Positions 34,430 to 44,129 of a stretch of DNA of 64,000 nt are shown piece by piece. The stretch's first letter is position 1. Each line of letters begins with the position of its first letter. A program made the translations under genes and the position numbers. This stretch comes from Thermodesulfobacteriota bacterium (GTDB taxonomy: Bacteria > Desulfobacterota > Desulfobacteria > Desulfobacterales > Desulfosudaceae). The notes under the pieces are model-generated. The model ran no database searches. It saw only the letters and a list, made by a program, of their open reading frames with translations, and was not told the DNA's origin. The stretch is from NCBI GenBank assembly GCA_034189225.1, contig JAXHVL010000136.1:6549-70548 (forward strand), read 5' to 3'.

Positions 34430-34863
34430 ATCACCGGTTCCCACGCAGGAGAGGCTGTGTCGCAATATGCCATTCCGGCCAATGCAGCGAAGGAACTTCT
34501 GGCGGTCTAAAGACCGCCGCTACACCGGCTGTGACAATTGTCCCATATTTTGGTAAACACCACAGCCTGTGTAGCGGAAGCCTTCAGGCTTCCGCAAAAG
34601 CCGAACATAGATATCTTTTTCATACTTTTCTTTGGGCGAGCAAAGAAAAGTATGAAAGAAAAATGGGTCGTTTAGCACAATAGGGATAAAAAAGCCAATC
34701 CTCGCATACGTTACTTTCTGCTATCTGTTTTGGTCATTGGAGCATTTGATATTCGGATTTGTTTCGAATTTCTAATTTCAAATTTCGTGCTTTGCTCCTT
34801 ACCGGCATAGCCTTTTATCGTTGACCTGGCCCAGAGGACCAGGTTTTATTGACTGAATAAAAT
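34430..34863. repeat. mosaic intergenic repeat block between imuB and dnaE2 (GGTTCCCACGCAGGAG motif, module G, module F palindrome, module D/E)
   Basis: G lies at 34497-34593. F has the 16-bp perfect-stem palindrome TTCATACTTTTCTTTGggcgagCAAAGAAAAGTATGAA (about 34621-34660). D/E lies at 34725-34863 and matches 43676-43805. Confidence 0.7.
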
Positions 34864-34864
34864 T

Positions 34865-37800
34865 ATGATCCCCCTCACCATTCGATCCCATTATTCCCTC
34901 ATGTGGGGCACCGCCGCCGTCAGGGAGATATGCAATGCGGCCAGGCGCCTGGGATACCGCCGGCTGGCCCTGACCGATACGGACAATCTGTACGGGCTTC
35001 GGCATTTCATTCAGGCCTGCAAAGAAAATGATATCACGCCCGTGATCGGGGCGGAACTGACCGATCCCCGCACCCCGGACCGGGCAGTGCTTCTTGTGAA
35101 AAACAGCGAGGGGTATAAGAACCTTTGCCGGGTGATCACGGCGCGGCATCTTGACCCGGACTTTCACCTGGGCGACAGTGTTGCCGGCCACGGGGACGGC
35201 CTGGCCGTGCTGGCCGCAACCCCCCGCCACCTGCCGCAATGGCATGAAGCTGGCATCGATGTCCATGCGGCCATCCCCCGGAAACCGGGACCGCAATCGC
35301 GCCGGCTTTGCCGGGCCGCCGGAGAACTGAACATTCCCCTTGTGGCCACACCCGGCAGTTTTTTTCTGGCGCCCGGGGATATCGAAACGCACCGACTGCT
35401 TCGGGCCATTGACCTGAACACCACCATAGACCGGCTCGGGCCGGCGGAGACCGCCCCAGCAGATGCCTGGCTGGCATCCGCCCGGACCTATCAGGACCGT
35501 TTTCACCTGTGCCCGGAGGCGGTTGCCAATACCCACCGGCTTTCTGAAACCCTGGCATTTACCGGCCCGGATTTCGGCCTTGTCATGCCGCCATGGCAGG
35601 GGGAAGGCCGTCTGAATGCCGAAGCCGCGCTGCGGAAAGCGGCTTACCGGGGTGCCCGCCAACGATACGGCCACGACCTTCCCCCGGCCGTGGCAGACCG
35701 GCTTGACCATGAACTGAATATCATCAATGCCATGGGGTTTGCCGCCTATTTTCTCGTGGTGCAGGACATCGTGCGCCTGAGCCCCCGGATCTGCGGCAGG
35801 GGATCGGGGGCCGCCTCCCTTGTGGCCTATTGCCTTTATATCACCAATGTGTGCCCGGTAAAGCACAACCTCTATTTTGAACGCTTTTTAAATCCCGGCA
35901 GAAAAGACCCGCCGGACATTGACGTGGATTTTGCATGGGACGAGCGGGACGATGTCCTGGCGGCCGTATTTGAAAGATACCCCGGCCATTGCGCCATGAT
36001 GTGCAATCATGTACTGGTTCAGCCCCGGCTCGCCGTGCGCGAAGTTGCCAGGGTTTACGGGCTCACGGAAGCGGAAATCAGCAGGGTCACCCGAAAGATG
36101 CCCTGGTTCTGGCGAAAGGAAACGGCCGGCCCTGATATCCTTCGTGAACTGTCAAAGCGGCCCGAATCCAGGGACCTTGACCTGCCCGCGCCCTGGCCGG
36201 ACATCATGGCCGCGGCCCGGAACATATGCGGTGCGCCCCGGTATCTCTCGGTTCACCCGGGAGGCATCGTGATCACCCCCAACCCTGTTCATGAATATGT
36301 GCCGGTTGAACGGGCGGCCAAGGGGGTGCGGATTATTCAGTGGGAAAAGGACCAGGCGGAAGATGCAGGACTTGTAAAAATAGATCTTCTCGGCAACCGG
36401 AGCCTGGGCGTTATCCGGGACGCCGTCTGCAATCTCAAGGCAAACGGCCACCACCTGGATGAAGCCGCATGGGCGCCCGAAGAAGACCGGCGGACACAGA
36501 CGGCCCTGGCCCGGGGCAACACCATGGGGTGCTTTTATATTGAAAGCCCTGCCACACGGCTGCTGCAGCAGAAATCCGGAACCGGCGATTTTGCACACCT
36601 TGTCATTCACAGCAGCATTATCCGGCCGGCGGCAAACGACTATATCCAGGAATACCTGAAACGGCTGCACGGGGCGCCATGGGACCCCATACACCCGCTG
36701 CTCGCCGGCGTTCTTGACGAAACCTTCGGCATCATGGTGTATCAGGAAGATGTATCCCGGGCTGCCGTGGCCGTTGCGGGATTTTCCCACGCCGATGCCG
36801 ACGGCCTTCGGAAGGTCATGTCCAAAAAGGACAAAGCACATATATTGAACGATTTTCATGAACGGTTTGTGCAGGGCGCTCGAAAAAAGCACATCCCTGA
36901 AGCAAAAATCAGCGAGATATGGGAAATGATGATGAGCTTCAGCGGATACTCCTTTTGCAAGCCCCACAGCGCGTCCTATGCGAAGGTATCCTTTCAGGCG
37001 GCCTGGCTAAAGGTCCATTATCCCGCAGAGTTCATGGCGGCGGTGATCAGCAACCAGGGCGGGTTTTACAGCACCTTTGCCTATGTGTCCGAAGCCATGC
37101 GCGCCGGGATCTCAGTCCTGCCGCCGGATGTAAACAGGAGCGGGATCAAGTGGCAGGGCAAGGCGCAATATATCCGGGTGGGGTTTTTATCCATCAGGGG
37201 ATTGTCCTGCCGGACAATGGAAAAAACCATTGCCCAACGGAAAAAGAAAGAATTTACCGGCGTAACAGATTACCTGGAACGCGTAAGACCGGGAACCTCC
37301 GAAACCCGAGCCCTTATCCAGTGCGGCGCATTTGACGCCTTACACCCAGGTGTGTCAAGAACCATGATCATGTGGGAATTGGCCCACCACGATAAAGCAC
37401 GGCAGCCGGATGCTTCCGAGCCGCTCCTGTTTGCCATGCCCCCTTCTCCGCTAGTGCCGCCGCCGGAGATGAGCGAAGACCCTCTCAAAAGGCGCAGGCA
37501 GGAATTCCAGGTGCTGGGGTTCTTGTGTGACAGTCACCCCATGACATTATACAGGGAGACCCTGGAAACAAAACAGGTGGTAAAGGCAAGCCATATGCGC
37601 CGGCATGCGGGTCAACACATCTGCATGGCCGGCTGGCTCATCACCGGAAAGGTGGTCAGAACAAAGCACGGCGACCCCATGGAGTTTCTCACGTTTGAAG
37701 ACGAAACCGACAGCTTTGAAACCACCTTCTTCCCAGGCGTCTATACCCGGTTCTGCCATATGATCGACAAGGGCCGGCCCTACCTGCTTCAGGGAACAGT

Positions 37801-37912
37801 TGACGAAAACTGGGGCGCGGTCACCCTGACCGTCCAGAACGTGGCGGCATTGCCCCGCCTGAACTCACTGCGCCAGGATCATCGTCGGTCCCCGGATGCC
37901 CTCTGTTATTGA
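34865..37912 (+). CDS. dnaE2: error-prone DNA polymerase III alpha-subunit paralogue DnaE2
   Basis: 1015 aa. N-terminal PHP domain (RSHYSLMWGTAAVREI), polymerase core (GRGSGAASLVAYCLYITNV, PDIDVDF) and an OB-fold C-terminus. Its size and its position after imuB are typical of DnaE2. Confidence 0.93.
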   Translation: MIPLTIRSHYSLMWGTAAVREICNAARRLGYRRLALTDTDNLYGLRHFIQACKENDITPVIGAELTDPRTPDRAVLLVKNSEGYKNLCRVITARHLDPDFHLGDSVAGHGDGLAVLAATPRHLPQWHEAGIDVHAAIPRKPGPQSRRLCRAAGELNIPLVATPGSFFLAPGDIETHRLLRAIDLNTTIDRLGPAETAPADAWLASARTYQDRFHLCPEAVANTHRLSETLAFTGPDFGLVMPPWQGEGRLNAEAALRKAAYRGARQRYGHDLPPAVADRLDHELNIINAMGFAAYFLVVQDIVRLSPRICGRGSGAASLVAYCLYITNVCPVKHNLYFERFLNPGRKDPPDIDVDFAWDERDDVLAAVFERYPGHCAMMCNHVLVQPRLAVREVARVYGLTEAEISRVTRKMPWFWRKETAGPDILRELSKRPESRDLDLPAPWPDIMAAARNICGAPRYLSVHPGGIVITPNPVHEYVPVERAAKGVRIIQWEKDQAEDAGLVKIDLLGNRSLGVIRDAVCNLKANGHHLDEAAWAPEEDRRTQTALARGNTMGCFYIESPATRLLQQKSGTGDFAHLVIHSSIIRPAANDYIQEYLKRLHGAPWDPIHPLLAGVLDETFGIMVYQEDVSRAAVAVAGFSHADADGLRKVMSKKDKAHILNDFHERFVQGARKKHIPEAKISEIWEMMMSFSGYSFCKPHSASYAKVSFQAAWLKVHYPAEFMAAVISNQGGFYSTFAYVSEAMRAGISVLPPDVNRSGIKWQGKAQYIRVGFLSIRGLSCRTMEKTIAQRKKKEFTGVTDYLERVRPGTSETRALIQCGAFDALHPGVSRTMIMWELAHHDKARQPDASEPLLFAMPPSPLVPPPEMSEDPLKRRRQEFQVLGFLCDSHPMTLYRETLETKQVVKASHMRRHAGQHICMAGWLITGKVVRTKHGDPMEFLTFEDETDSFETTFFPGVYTRFCHMIDKGRPYLLQGTVDENWGAVTLTVQNVAALPRLNSLRQDHRRSPDALCY

Positions 37913-37990
37913 CCGGTGGCGCGTTGCCGGTGCAGCCCCTTCGCATCCATTCACCACGGCTAATTTGTTCTAAGCCGTCCCCGGGCATTT

Positions 37991-38545
37991 TTATTGTTGG
38001 CCTTTTGTCTCTTTATAGGTGAGGTTTTTCATTTGCAATCCCTTCACCCTAGCATATCTTGCCATTATATATGCTATAATCACAAATACCGGTAAAGCAA
38101 TTGCCGCTCTCGCAAGTGTAAATTTCCAACCCAAAAAATTAACCTCAAATAGCATCATGGGGATCTTCAGTGAAGAAAAGGCCCCAAGATACATAAAAAC
38201 GTTTCTCATACTACAGCCCTTCTTCCAAAGAAGATGGACTGTAGGGAAGGCTCCATATAGTGGCCCCCCTTGAAACATGGCCAACATAATTACATAGACA
38301 GCACCTCGAAAACCAGACTCTTCGCCTATATGCTGCTGAATCAATTGTTTTGGAATCCAAACATCAAGAAGTCCGATCAGAATAAATATGCACGGAAGAA
38401 TAATGACCATTTCACTTGAAAATGCCGTAAATTCACGGACAAGCTGTTTTCCAAAAGGGATTTCTAAGACAATAAGAACAAATGACGTGAGAGCAAAAAT
38501 CAATGCAACTATATATCCAAATGGAATGTCAGATATTTTTTTCAT
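37991..38545 (-). CDS. polytopic membrane protein, probable second subunit of a split permease
   Basis: 184 aa with about 5 hydrophobic segments and a 4-nt overlap with the upstream gene. The region is AT-rich relative to its surroundings. Family assignment is from memory only (PF03773-like permease). Confidence 0.65.
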   Translation of the reverse strand: MKKISDIPFGYIVALIFALTSFVLIVLEIPFGKQLVREFTAFSSEMVIILPCIFILIGLLDVWIPKQLIQQHIGEESGFRGAVYVIMLAMFQGGPLYGAFPTVHLLWKKGCSMRNVFMYLGAFSSLKIPMMLFEVNFLGWKFTLARAAIALPVFVIIAYIMARYARVKGLQMKNLTYKETKGQQ

Positions 38546-39021
38546 AAAATGACTCCGACTAACAGGCCAATAATTAAGGCTCCAACCAAGAAAAGAAAAT
38601 TGCGTAAAATGGTAAGAGGCAAGCCAAAATATGCTTTTTCAACCGGAAGTGTCAAAATACCAACCATCATGAGAGTTGTAATGAAAACAGCAAGTATCGA
38701 TAATGGCACACCGTTTTGAGCCAACATCCCAGTTAAGGGGTATGCTATCGGAGCAGGAATTAATGCAATAGAACCGATAATAGCCGTTACAATAATCCCA
38801 AGCCACCCAGCCTGCTGCATTAAAAAAGATGCCAATGTTTTTTGAGGTACGAATGCAAAAAAAATGCTGACCAAGACAAGTAGCACAAGAAACTGTGGCA
38901 AAAGCGCCATGAACATTTTAATACCCCTGCGCAGTCCCAAAGCCGTCTTTTGTTTATTGATTACCGCGGAAACTATGATTGCTATCAGTGTAATAGAAAC
39001 CAACAAAAGATTTTTGGACAT
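38542..39021 (-). CDS. polytopic membrane protein, probable first subunit of a split permease
   Basis: 159 aa with about 5 hydrophobic segments. It is AT-rich and translationally coupled to 37991-38545. Confidence 0.65.
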   Translation of the reverse strand: MSKNLLLVSITLIAIIVSAVINKQKTALGLRRGIKMFMALLPQFLVLLVLVSIFFAFVPQKTLASFLMQQAGWLGIIVTAIIGSIALIPAPIAYPLTGMLAQNGVPLSILAVFITTLMMVGILTLPVEKAYFGLPLTILRNFLFLVGALIIGLLVGVIL

Positions 39022-39234
39022 ATAGTCTCCATAAATTGGTTTTCAATATGCCATCAATTACTAGACTGCCTAAATGACGTATCAATGTCATTAACTTAAG
39101 GCCGTATTGCAATTTAATTTTATGAATTTATAAATAAAAATTGTTTTTTTGAGGGCATCCCGCACTTCATCAATAAGATTTACATAAAACGTAAAAGGGG
39201 CCGCTACCGAAACAGCAAGCCCCTTGAAATTTTC

Positions 39235-39321
39235 TGGTGCCGGAGGTCGGAGTCGAACCGACACGGAGTTGCCCCCGGAGGATTTTGAGTCCTCTGCGTA
39301 TACCAGTTTCACCACTCCGGC
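39235..39321 (-). tRNA. tRNA-Leu (anticodon CAA)
   Basis: On the minus strand, GCCGGAGTGGTGAAACTGGTATACGCAGAGGACTCAAAATCCTCCGGGGGCAACTCCGTGTCGGTTCGACTCCGACCTCCGGCACCA. The acceptor stem is 7 bp. The anticodon loop is CTCAAAA, there is a long variable arm, and CCA is encoded. Confidence 0.93.
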
Positions 39322-39411
39322 AATCGTTTGTACAAAAATATACGAAATTCAGATGTCGGTGTCAATGAAAAGCTAGGGGAAAAGCTGGGAAAAGCCGGGG
39401 GGAAAACGCTG

Positions 39412-40062
39412 TCACAAATGTGCCAGTGTGTCGAATATCAGGGAGGCGGGGACAATGCCTTCCCTGAGAATGACGGGCGGAGAAACGGTGACATCGACCA
39501 CGGTGGAGCCCACGCCCCCTCTGAGAGGGCCGGCATCGAGGATGAGATCCGGGCGCGAGGCAAGAACATCGTTGAGCCGGTCGGCTTCGGTGTATGGCCC
39601 TTGACCGGCGATATTGGCGCTGGTGCCGGTAAGGGGCCGGGGGCATTGCAGGACAAGGGCCTGAGCCACGGGGTGGCTCGGCAGGCGGATGCCGATGGTG
39701 CTGTCGGGAGAGGCCAGGTGAACGGGCAGGCCTGTCGATGCGTTAAACACAAGGGTAACGCCGCCGGGCCAGAACCGGTCCATAATGCAGACCGCCGGCG
39801 GGGATATATCCGCGGCCAGTTCATTCACCACCTGTCTGTCCTTTACGAGCAGAAGAATGGGATTGGTTGCAGGGCGGTTTTTCATCTTACGGACTTTTGC
39901 CACGGCCTGGGGCTTAAAGGCATCCGCGGCAAGGCCGTAAATGGCGGCGGCGGGGAATGCCACCACGCCGCCGTTTGCGACAACCCGGCAGGCTTCGCCG
40001 ATCAAATCGGCATCGGGAAAGTCCGGATCAATGGTACGGTAGTTATTGCCGCATCCTGTCAA
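39412..40062 (-). CDS. tsaC: L-threonylcarbamoyladenylate synthase (TsaC/YwlC/Sua5 family)
   Basis: YrdC-domain motifs [31 protein letters not shown] and [13 protein letters not shown]. No ATG is available, so the TTG at 40062 is chosen. It overlaps the purD-purE stop by 20 nt, and the start is uncertain. Confidence 0.78.
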   Translation of the reverse strand: MTGCGNNYRTIDPDFPDADLIGEACRVVANGGVVAFPAAAIYGLAADAFKPQAVAKVRKMKNRPATNPILLLVKDRQVVNELAADISPPAVCIMDRFWPGGVTLVFNASTGLPVHLASPDSTIGIRLPSHPVAQALVLQCPRPLTGTSANIAGQGPYTEADRLNDVLASRPDLILDAGPLRGGVGSTVVDVTVSPPVILREGIVPASLIFDTLAHL

Positions 40063-41818
40063 GCTGCTCCGCCTTTCGTTCCACCTCGGCAACCATTTCC
40101 TTTTTGTGGGCCGCCAGTTTCTTTTCAAGGCCCTTGTCCGCGATGGCCAGCATCTGAACGGCCAGGAATCCGGCATTCTTGGCGCCGACCTTGCCAATGG
40201 CTACGGTGGCCACGGGGATGCCCGGTGGCATCTGGACCGTGGACAAGAGCGAATCCTGCCCGCCCAGCGGGGAGGCGTCGATGGGAACGCCGATCACCGG
40301 CAGCGTGGTATGGGAGGCCAAAACGCCGGCCAGATGAGCGGCCATACCCGCCCCGGCGATGATCACCTTGATCCCGCGGCGCCGCGCCGAGCAGGCGATC
40401 TCCTCGGCCCTGGCCGGGGTCCGATGGGCAGAGGCCACGGTCATTTCAAAGGGCACGCCGAATTTTTTCAGCACACCGGCTGCGCCGGTCATGGTGGACA
40501 GGTCGGAATCACTGCCCATGATAATACTGACCAGCGGCTTTTCGTCAATTCGGTTGAGTGCCTTTGCCCCGATATCCTTACGAAAGTAAACCCCGTCCCA
40601 GGAAATCTTTGATACGGTGGCATAGGCCCGCTTGATGGCCTTATCTATAGAGGGCCCGAGGGCTGTCACGCCCAGGACCCGGCCGCCGTCGGTCAGCACC
40701 TCCTTCCCCATGGCCTTGGTGCCGGCGTGAAAGGTCATCACGTCCTTCATCCGGTTCACATTCTTCAGGCCGGCAATGGGCATCCCCTTTTTATATGGGC
40801 CCGGGTACCCGCCGGCGGCCATGACTACGCAAACGGCGGCCCGCTCGTCAATTTCCAGGGACACCTCATGAAGTTTGCCATCACACACCGCTTCCATGAC
40901 CGGCACGATATCGCTTTTCAGGCGCATCACCAGAGGCTGGGTCTCGGGGTCACCAAACCGGGCGTTGAACTCCAGAACCTTGATGTCGTCGCCGTTGATC
41001 ATCAGCCCGGCATACAAGACGCCCCGGTAAGAAATGCCCTCGGCTTCCATGGCCTGTACCGTGGGCGTCATGATGGTTTCCATGATCTTCTTGTGAAGGT
41101 ACTCGTCTACCACCGGAGCGGGCGAATAGGCGCCCATCCCCCCGGTGTTGGGGCCTTCGTCGCCGTCGTGGGCGGCCTTGTGATCCTGGGAAGATGGCAG
41201 TGGCAGTACGGTCTTGCCATCCGTAAAGGCCATAAACGAGGCCTCTTCCCCATCGAGGCGCTCTTCCACAATCACCCGATCCCCGGCATTCCCGAAAACC
41301 CTGTCCTTCATGATCTGCTTCAGGGCGGCGGTTGCCTGCTTTTCGGTGGAACAGACAAAAACCCCCTTGCCTGCGGCGAGCCCGTCGGCCTTGACCACCA
41401 CGTTGCATCTCATGTCCCGGATATAGGTCAATGCCTCGTCATAAACATCAAAGCAGCGGCCCCGGGCCGTGGGGATCCCGTACTTCGTCATGATGTCCTT
41501 GGCAAACCCCTTGCTCGTTTCCAGGCGGGCCGCCTCCTTCCGGGCGCCGAAAATTTTCATGCCGGCTTCCTCGAACCGATCCACGATGCCTTCCACAAGC
41601 GGGGCCTCCGGCCCCACCACGGTCAATTCGACCCCCTCGTCCCGGGCAAAATCAAAGAGCCCGTCGATATCACCGGCATTAACGGGGACACATTCGGCAA
41701 TGGCGGCTATCCCTGCATTTCCCGGGGCGCAATAGACTTTTTCCACCTTGGGACTTTTCGAAATTTTCCACACAAGGCTGTGCTCCCTGCCACCGCTGCC
41801 GATTACCAGCACTTTCAT
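40043..41818 (-). CDS. purDE: phosphoribosylamine-glycine ligase (PurD) fused in frame to N5-CAIR mutase (PurE)
   Basis: 591 aa. PurD spans [18 protein letters not shown] to [11 protein letters not shown]. After an 8-aa linker, PurE follows ([13 protein letters not shown]...VASAHRTP...[15 protein letters not shown]...PVIGVP). Confidence 0.9.
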   Translation of the reverse strand: MKVLVIGSGGREHSLVWKISKSPKVEKVYCAPGNAGIAAIAECVPVNAGDIDGLFDFARDEGVELTVVGPEAPLVEGIVDRFEEAGMKIFGARKEAARLETSKGFAKDIMTKYGIPTARGRCFDVYDEALTYIRDMRCNVVVKADGLAAGKGVFVCSTEKQATAALKQIMKDRVFGNAGDRVIVEERLDGEEASFMAFTDGKTVLPLPSSQDHKAAHDGDEGPNTGGMGAYSPAPVVDEYLHKKIMETIMTPTVQAMEAEGISYRGVLYAGLMINGDDIKVLEFNARFGDPETQPLVMRLKSDIVPVMEAVCDGKLHEVSLEIDERAAVCVVMAAGGYPGPYKKGMPIAGLKNVNRMKDVMTFHAGTKAMGKEVLTDGGRVLGVTALGPSIDKAIKRAYATVSKISWDGVYFRKDIGAKALNRIDEKPLVSIIMGSDSDLSTMTGAAGVLKKFGVPFEMTVASAHRTPARAEEIACSARRRGIKVIIAGAGMAAHLAGVLASHTTLPVIGVPIDASPLGGQDSLLSTVQMPPGIPVATVAIGKVGAKNAGFLAVQMLAIADKGLEKKLAAHKKEMVAEVERKAEQLDRMRQ

Positions 41819-41891
41819 GGTTATTCTCCTTTATGAACACTGAACCACTTGAAACATCATATCATTACATTATCATCAAATACATTTCCCT

Positions 41892-41960
41892 GGAAATTAG
41901 AAATTGGAAATTAGAAATCCGTCATGCCTCACTAGTGTCTAATCTCCAATTTCCAATTTC
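41892..41960. repeat. phased-repeat hairpin, GAAATTR core type
   Basis: GGAAATTAGAAATTGGAAATTAGAAATCcgtcatgcctcactagtgTCTAATCTCCAATTTCCAATTTC, with a 7-nt period. Confidence 0.65.
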
Positions 41961-42011
41961 AGCCTGCAAAAGCCCGGCAACACGGCCCATAAAAACTTCA
42001 ACTTTTGTCTA

Positions 42012-42959
42012 TCAGTTCTCTGTACCCTCCAGGCTCAATTGAATCAGCCGGTCCAGAAAAGCCGGAAACGACATGCCCGCCGTTTTTACCGCCAGGGGAA
42101 GCAGGCTGGTCTGCACCATGCCGGGGATGGTGTTGGTCTCAAGAACGTACAGGGTATCATCCGTTGCGATCATGTCCGTGCGGCTGCAGCCCTTGCAGAA
42201 AAGAGCCCGGTGAGCACGGCAGGCATAGTCCTGGACAGTCCGGGTGAGCTGATCGTCAATGCGGGCGGGGCAGATTTCGGTGGTGGCGCCGGGTGTATAT
42301 TTGGCTTCATAATCAAAAAAATCATATTGGTCGCCGGGAATAATCTCCACCACCGGCAGGGGTGTGAGCGTTTCATTGCCGAGTACGCCGCCGGTGACTT
42401 CGACCCCCTTGATACAGGATTCCAGAAGAACCCTATCGTCATGGGCAAATGCAGCCAAAAGGGCGTCCTGAAGCTTGGCCGTTTCAGCAACGATGGTCAT
42501 GCCGATGCTTGAACCGCCGGACACCGGTTTAACCACCAGCGGCAGCCCTAGGGTATCAACGGCCTGCTTGAGAACCGCATTGCGATCAGGAGTATCTGCC
42601 TGAAGAATCGTATAGGGAGGGACGGGAAGCCCGCTGATTTCGTAAATCCGCTTTGATGCGAGTTTATTGGCGGCAAGCGCACTGCCCAGAACTCCGGCGC
42701 ATTGATAGGGAATGTTCAGTAAATCCAGAAATCCCTGAATGGTACCGTCTTCCCCGTTCGGGCCGTGAAGAACCACGAAAGCGGTATCGATTCGGGAGGC
42801 ATCCGCAACGATTTTCGCCAGATCCGTTTTGGGATCGTATCGCAGGATTCGGTATTTTTCCTTATCCAGGGCGCGATATATCTGCTCACCGCCAGCCAGC
42901 GAAACTTCACGCTCCGCCGAGAGGCCCCCGGAAATCAGTGCCACTGTGATCATCGACAT
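42012..42959 (-). CDS. ddl: D-alanine--D-alanine ligase
   Basis: 315 aa. N-terminus ITVALISGGLSAEREVSL and ATP-grasp motifs (LPLVVKPVSGGSSIGM, LYVLETNTIPGM). Confidence 0.92.
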   Translation of the reverse strand: MSMITVALISGGLSAEREVSLAGGEQIYRALDKEKYRILRYDPKTDLAKIVADASRIDTAFVVLHGPNGEDGTIQGFLDLLNIPYQCAGVLGSALAANKLASKRIYEISGLPVPPYTILQADTPDRNAVLKQAVDTLGLPLVVKPVSGGSSIGMTIVAETAKLQDALLAAFAHDDRVLLESCIKGVEVTGGVLGNETLTPLPVVEIIPGDQYDFFDYEAKYTPGATTEICPARIDDQLTRTVQDYACRAHRALFCKGCSRTDMIATDDTLYVLETNTIPGMVQTSLLPLAVKTAGMSFPAFLDRLIQLSLEGTEN

Positions 42960-42976
42960 GCCTTTATCCCGGCGGG

Positions 42977-43354
42977 CTATTCCTTGCCACCGATACGCTC
43001 GCTCAGCCTGCCCATGTACCGCTGCGGTATCTCCATCTCAACACTGGTGCTGCGCATCATGTTCACCTTCGTAATCAGGAAATTCAGTTTTTTGTTCAGC
43101 CGGTACTGTTCGTGAATGTCTGATACGCCGGCCAAGAGGTCTTCGGTCTGTTTAATCTCTTTCCGCAGCTCAACTTCAGGGGGCAGGCAATCGGCATTTT
43201 TCAGGATCTTATAAGAAAGCCGAAGTTCTTCGGGAATATGGCTGTCATCGGAAAGTTCCAAAGGCCGCCCTGCCCCGGGCAGATTATCGAATGCGCCTTG
43301 CCTCTGGGCCTTCTTTATCCTGCGCTCCACGACTTTTTCAAATCCTGCCATCAT
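42977..43354 (-). CDS. DUF1992 (DnaJ-C28-like) domain protein
   Basis: The start is reset to MMAGFEKVVERRIKKAQRQGAFDNLPGAGRPL (ATG 43354). This N-terminal motif is the DUF1992 hallmark. Confidence 0.8.
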   Translation of the reverse strand: MMAGFEKVVERRIKKAQRQGAFDNLPGAGRPLELSDDSHIPEELRLSYKILKNADCLPPEVELRKEIKQTEDLLAGVSDIHEQYRLNKKLNFLITKVNMMRSTSVEMEIPQRYMGRLSERIGGKE

Positions 43355-43488
43355 AGGGCAACTCGCCTCCCAAAAAAAACAGGCCCTCCTGAAATCAAGT
43401 CCAAAAGAGCCCCTGTGTGCCTCGCCCGCCCGGGCGACTGGTCCGGATATTTCATTTGCCGGGGCAACCGGCACCGCCGGTTTTGAGC

Positions 43489-43565
43489 TGGTGGCGATGC
43501 AGGGATTTGAACCCCGGACGCTACGGATATGAGCCGTATGCTCTAACCAACTGAGCTACATCGCC
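43489..43565 (-). tRNA. tRNA with anticodon CAT (elongator Met, or Ile2 if lysidine-modified)
   Basis: On the minus strand, GGCGATGTAGCTCAGTTGGTTAGAGCATACGGCTCATATCCGTAGCGTCCGGGGTTCAAATCCCTGCATCGCCACCA. It folds as a cloverleaf with a paired 1:72 position, so it is not an initiator. CCA is encoded. Confidence 0.92.
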
Positions 43566-43675
43566 ACATGCACCCCATGAAACATAAACTCATTCAAGTA
43601 CCAGCTTCCCTGCCGTAAGTCAAGTGTTTTTATCGAATTTTTCAATTTTCAAAACAACTGATTGCAAGGGTGTGT

Positions 43676-43805
43676 GTTTTGATCATTGGAGCATTTGATA
43701 TTCGGATTTGTTTCAAATTTCGAATTTCGCGCTTTGCTCCATACCGGCATAGCCTTTTATCGCTGACCTGGCCCAGCAGACCATGTTTTATTGAATGAAT
43801 AAATT
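43676..43805. repeat. intergenic repeat module D/E
   Basis: TTTTGATCATTGGAGCATTTGATATTCGGATTTGTTTCAAATTTCGAATTTCGCGCTTTGCTCCATACCGGCATAGCCTTTTATCGCTGACCTGGCCCAGCAGACCATGTTTTATTGAATGAATAAA. It is near-identical to 34725-34863. Confidence 0.7.
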
Positions 43806-43942
43806 GGCTGATTGAGTTCCTTGGAAGTCCGCCCCCTGCCACGCAACATTAACGCCGTCAGCAACTTTTGCAAAGCCGTGGCTTTCTCCACAGGAAAACC
43901 ATACGGCCCAGGACTCAGGGACCTGAAATCAGATGACGTGTT

Positions 43943-44020
43943 TTCTTCATGTGCTTCATGTCCTTCATGGTAATTGCCACCTGATGGATTAAACCATGAA
44001 GAACATGAAACGTATGAAGG
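43943..44020. repeat. phased-repeat hairpin, CATGAAG core type
   Basis: TTCTTCATGTGCTTCATGTCCTTCATGGTAATTGCCACCTGATGGATTAAACCATGAAGAACATGAAACGTATGAAGG. Confidence 0.65.
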
Positions 44021-44058
44021 CCGAAATCAAGCATCATTGGAAATCCACCAGCAGAAAT

Positions 44059-44094
44059 CCATCGGCTCTCACACTCCTGCGTGAGAGCCGATGG
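44059..44094 (-). terminator. candidate terminator hairpin downstream of the acidic zinc-ribbon gene
   Basis: A 14-bp stem CCATCGGCTCTCAC / GTGAGAGCCGATGG with only a weak T-tract on the minus strand. Confidence 0.35.
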
Positions 44095-44129
44095 GGAGAC
44101 TCACCGTTAAGCTTACGGGGCCGTCCCCC

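Noticed and set aside
34799-35866. Long antisense ORFs with no recognisable domains. This one lies opposite dnaE2. Others are 57914-59227 (opposite asnB), 53072-54265 and 52289-53017 (opposite sdhA), 51131-52285, 62431-63426, 40727-41836, 39328-40362, 11200-11949, 12750-13478 and 13433-14218.
   Set aside because: Each lies opposite a gene with strong family motifs. Their translations are Arg/Gly/Pro-rich low-complexity sequence, typical of open antisense frames in GC-rich DNA.
37913-37990. A search for a direct repeat of the tRNA-Leu 3' end (att-like site) at the far border of the AT-rich permease islet.
   Set aside because: There is only weak, gapped similarity (TGGCGCGTTGCCGG against TGGTGCCGGAGG). 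With no integrase present, the island hypothesis rests on composition only.
39091-39315. A 74-aa ORF on the minus strand.
   Set aside because: Its 5' part is the tRNA-Leu(CAA) gene itself, so it is not coding.
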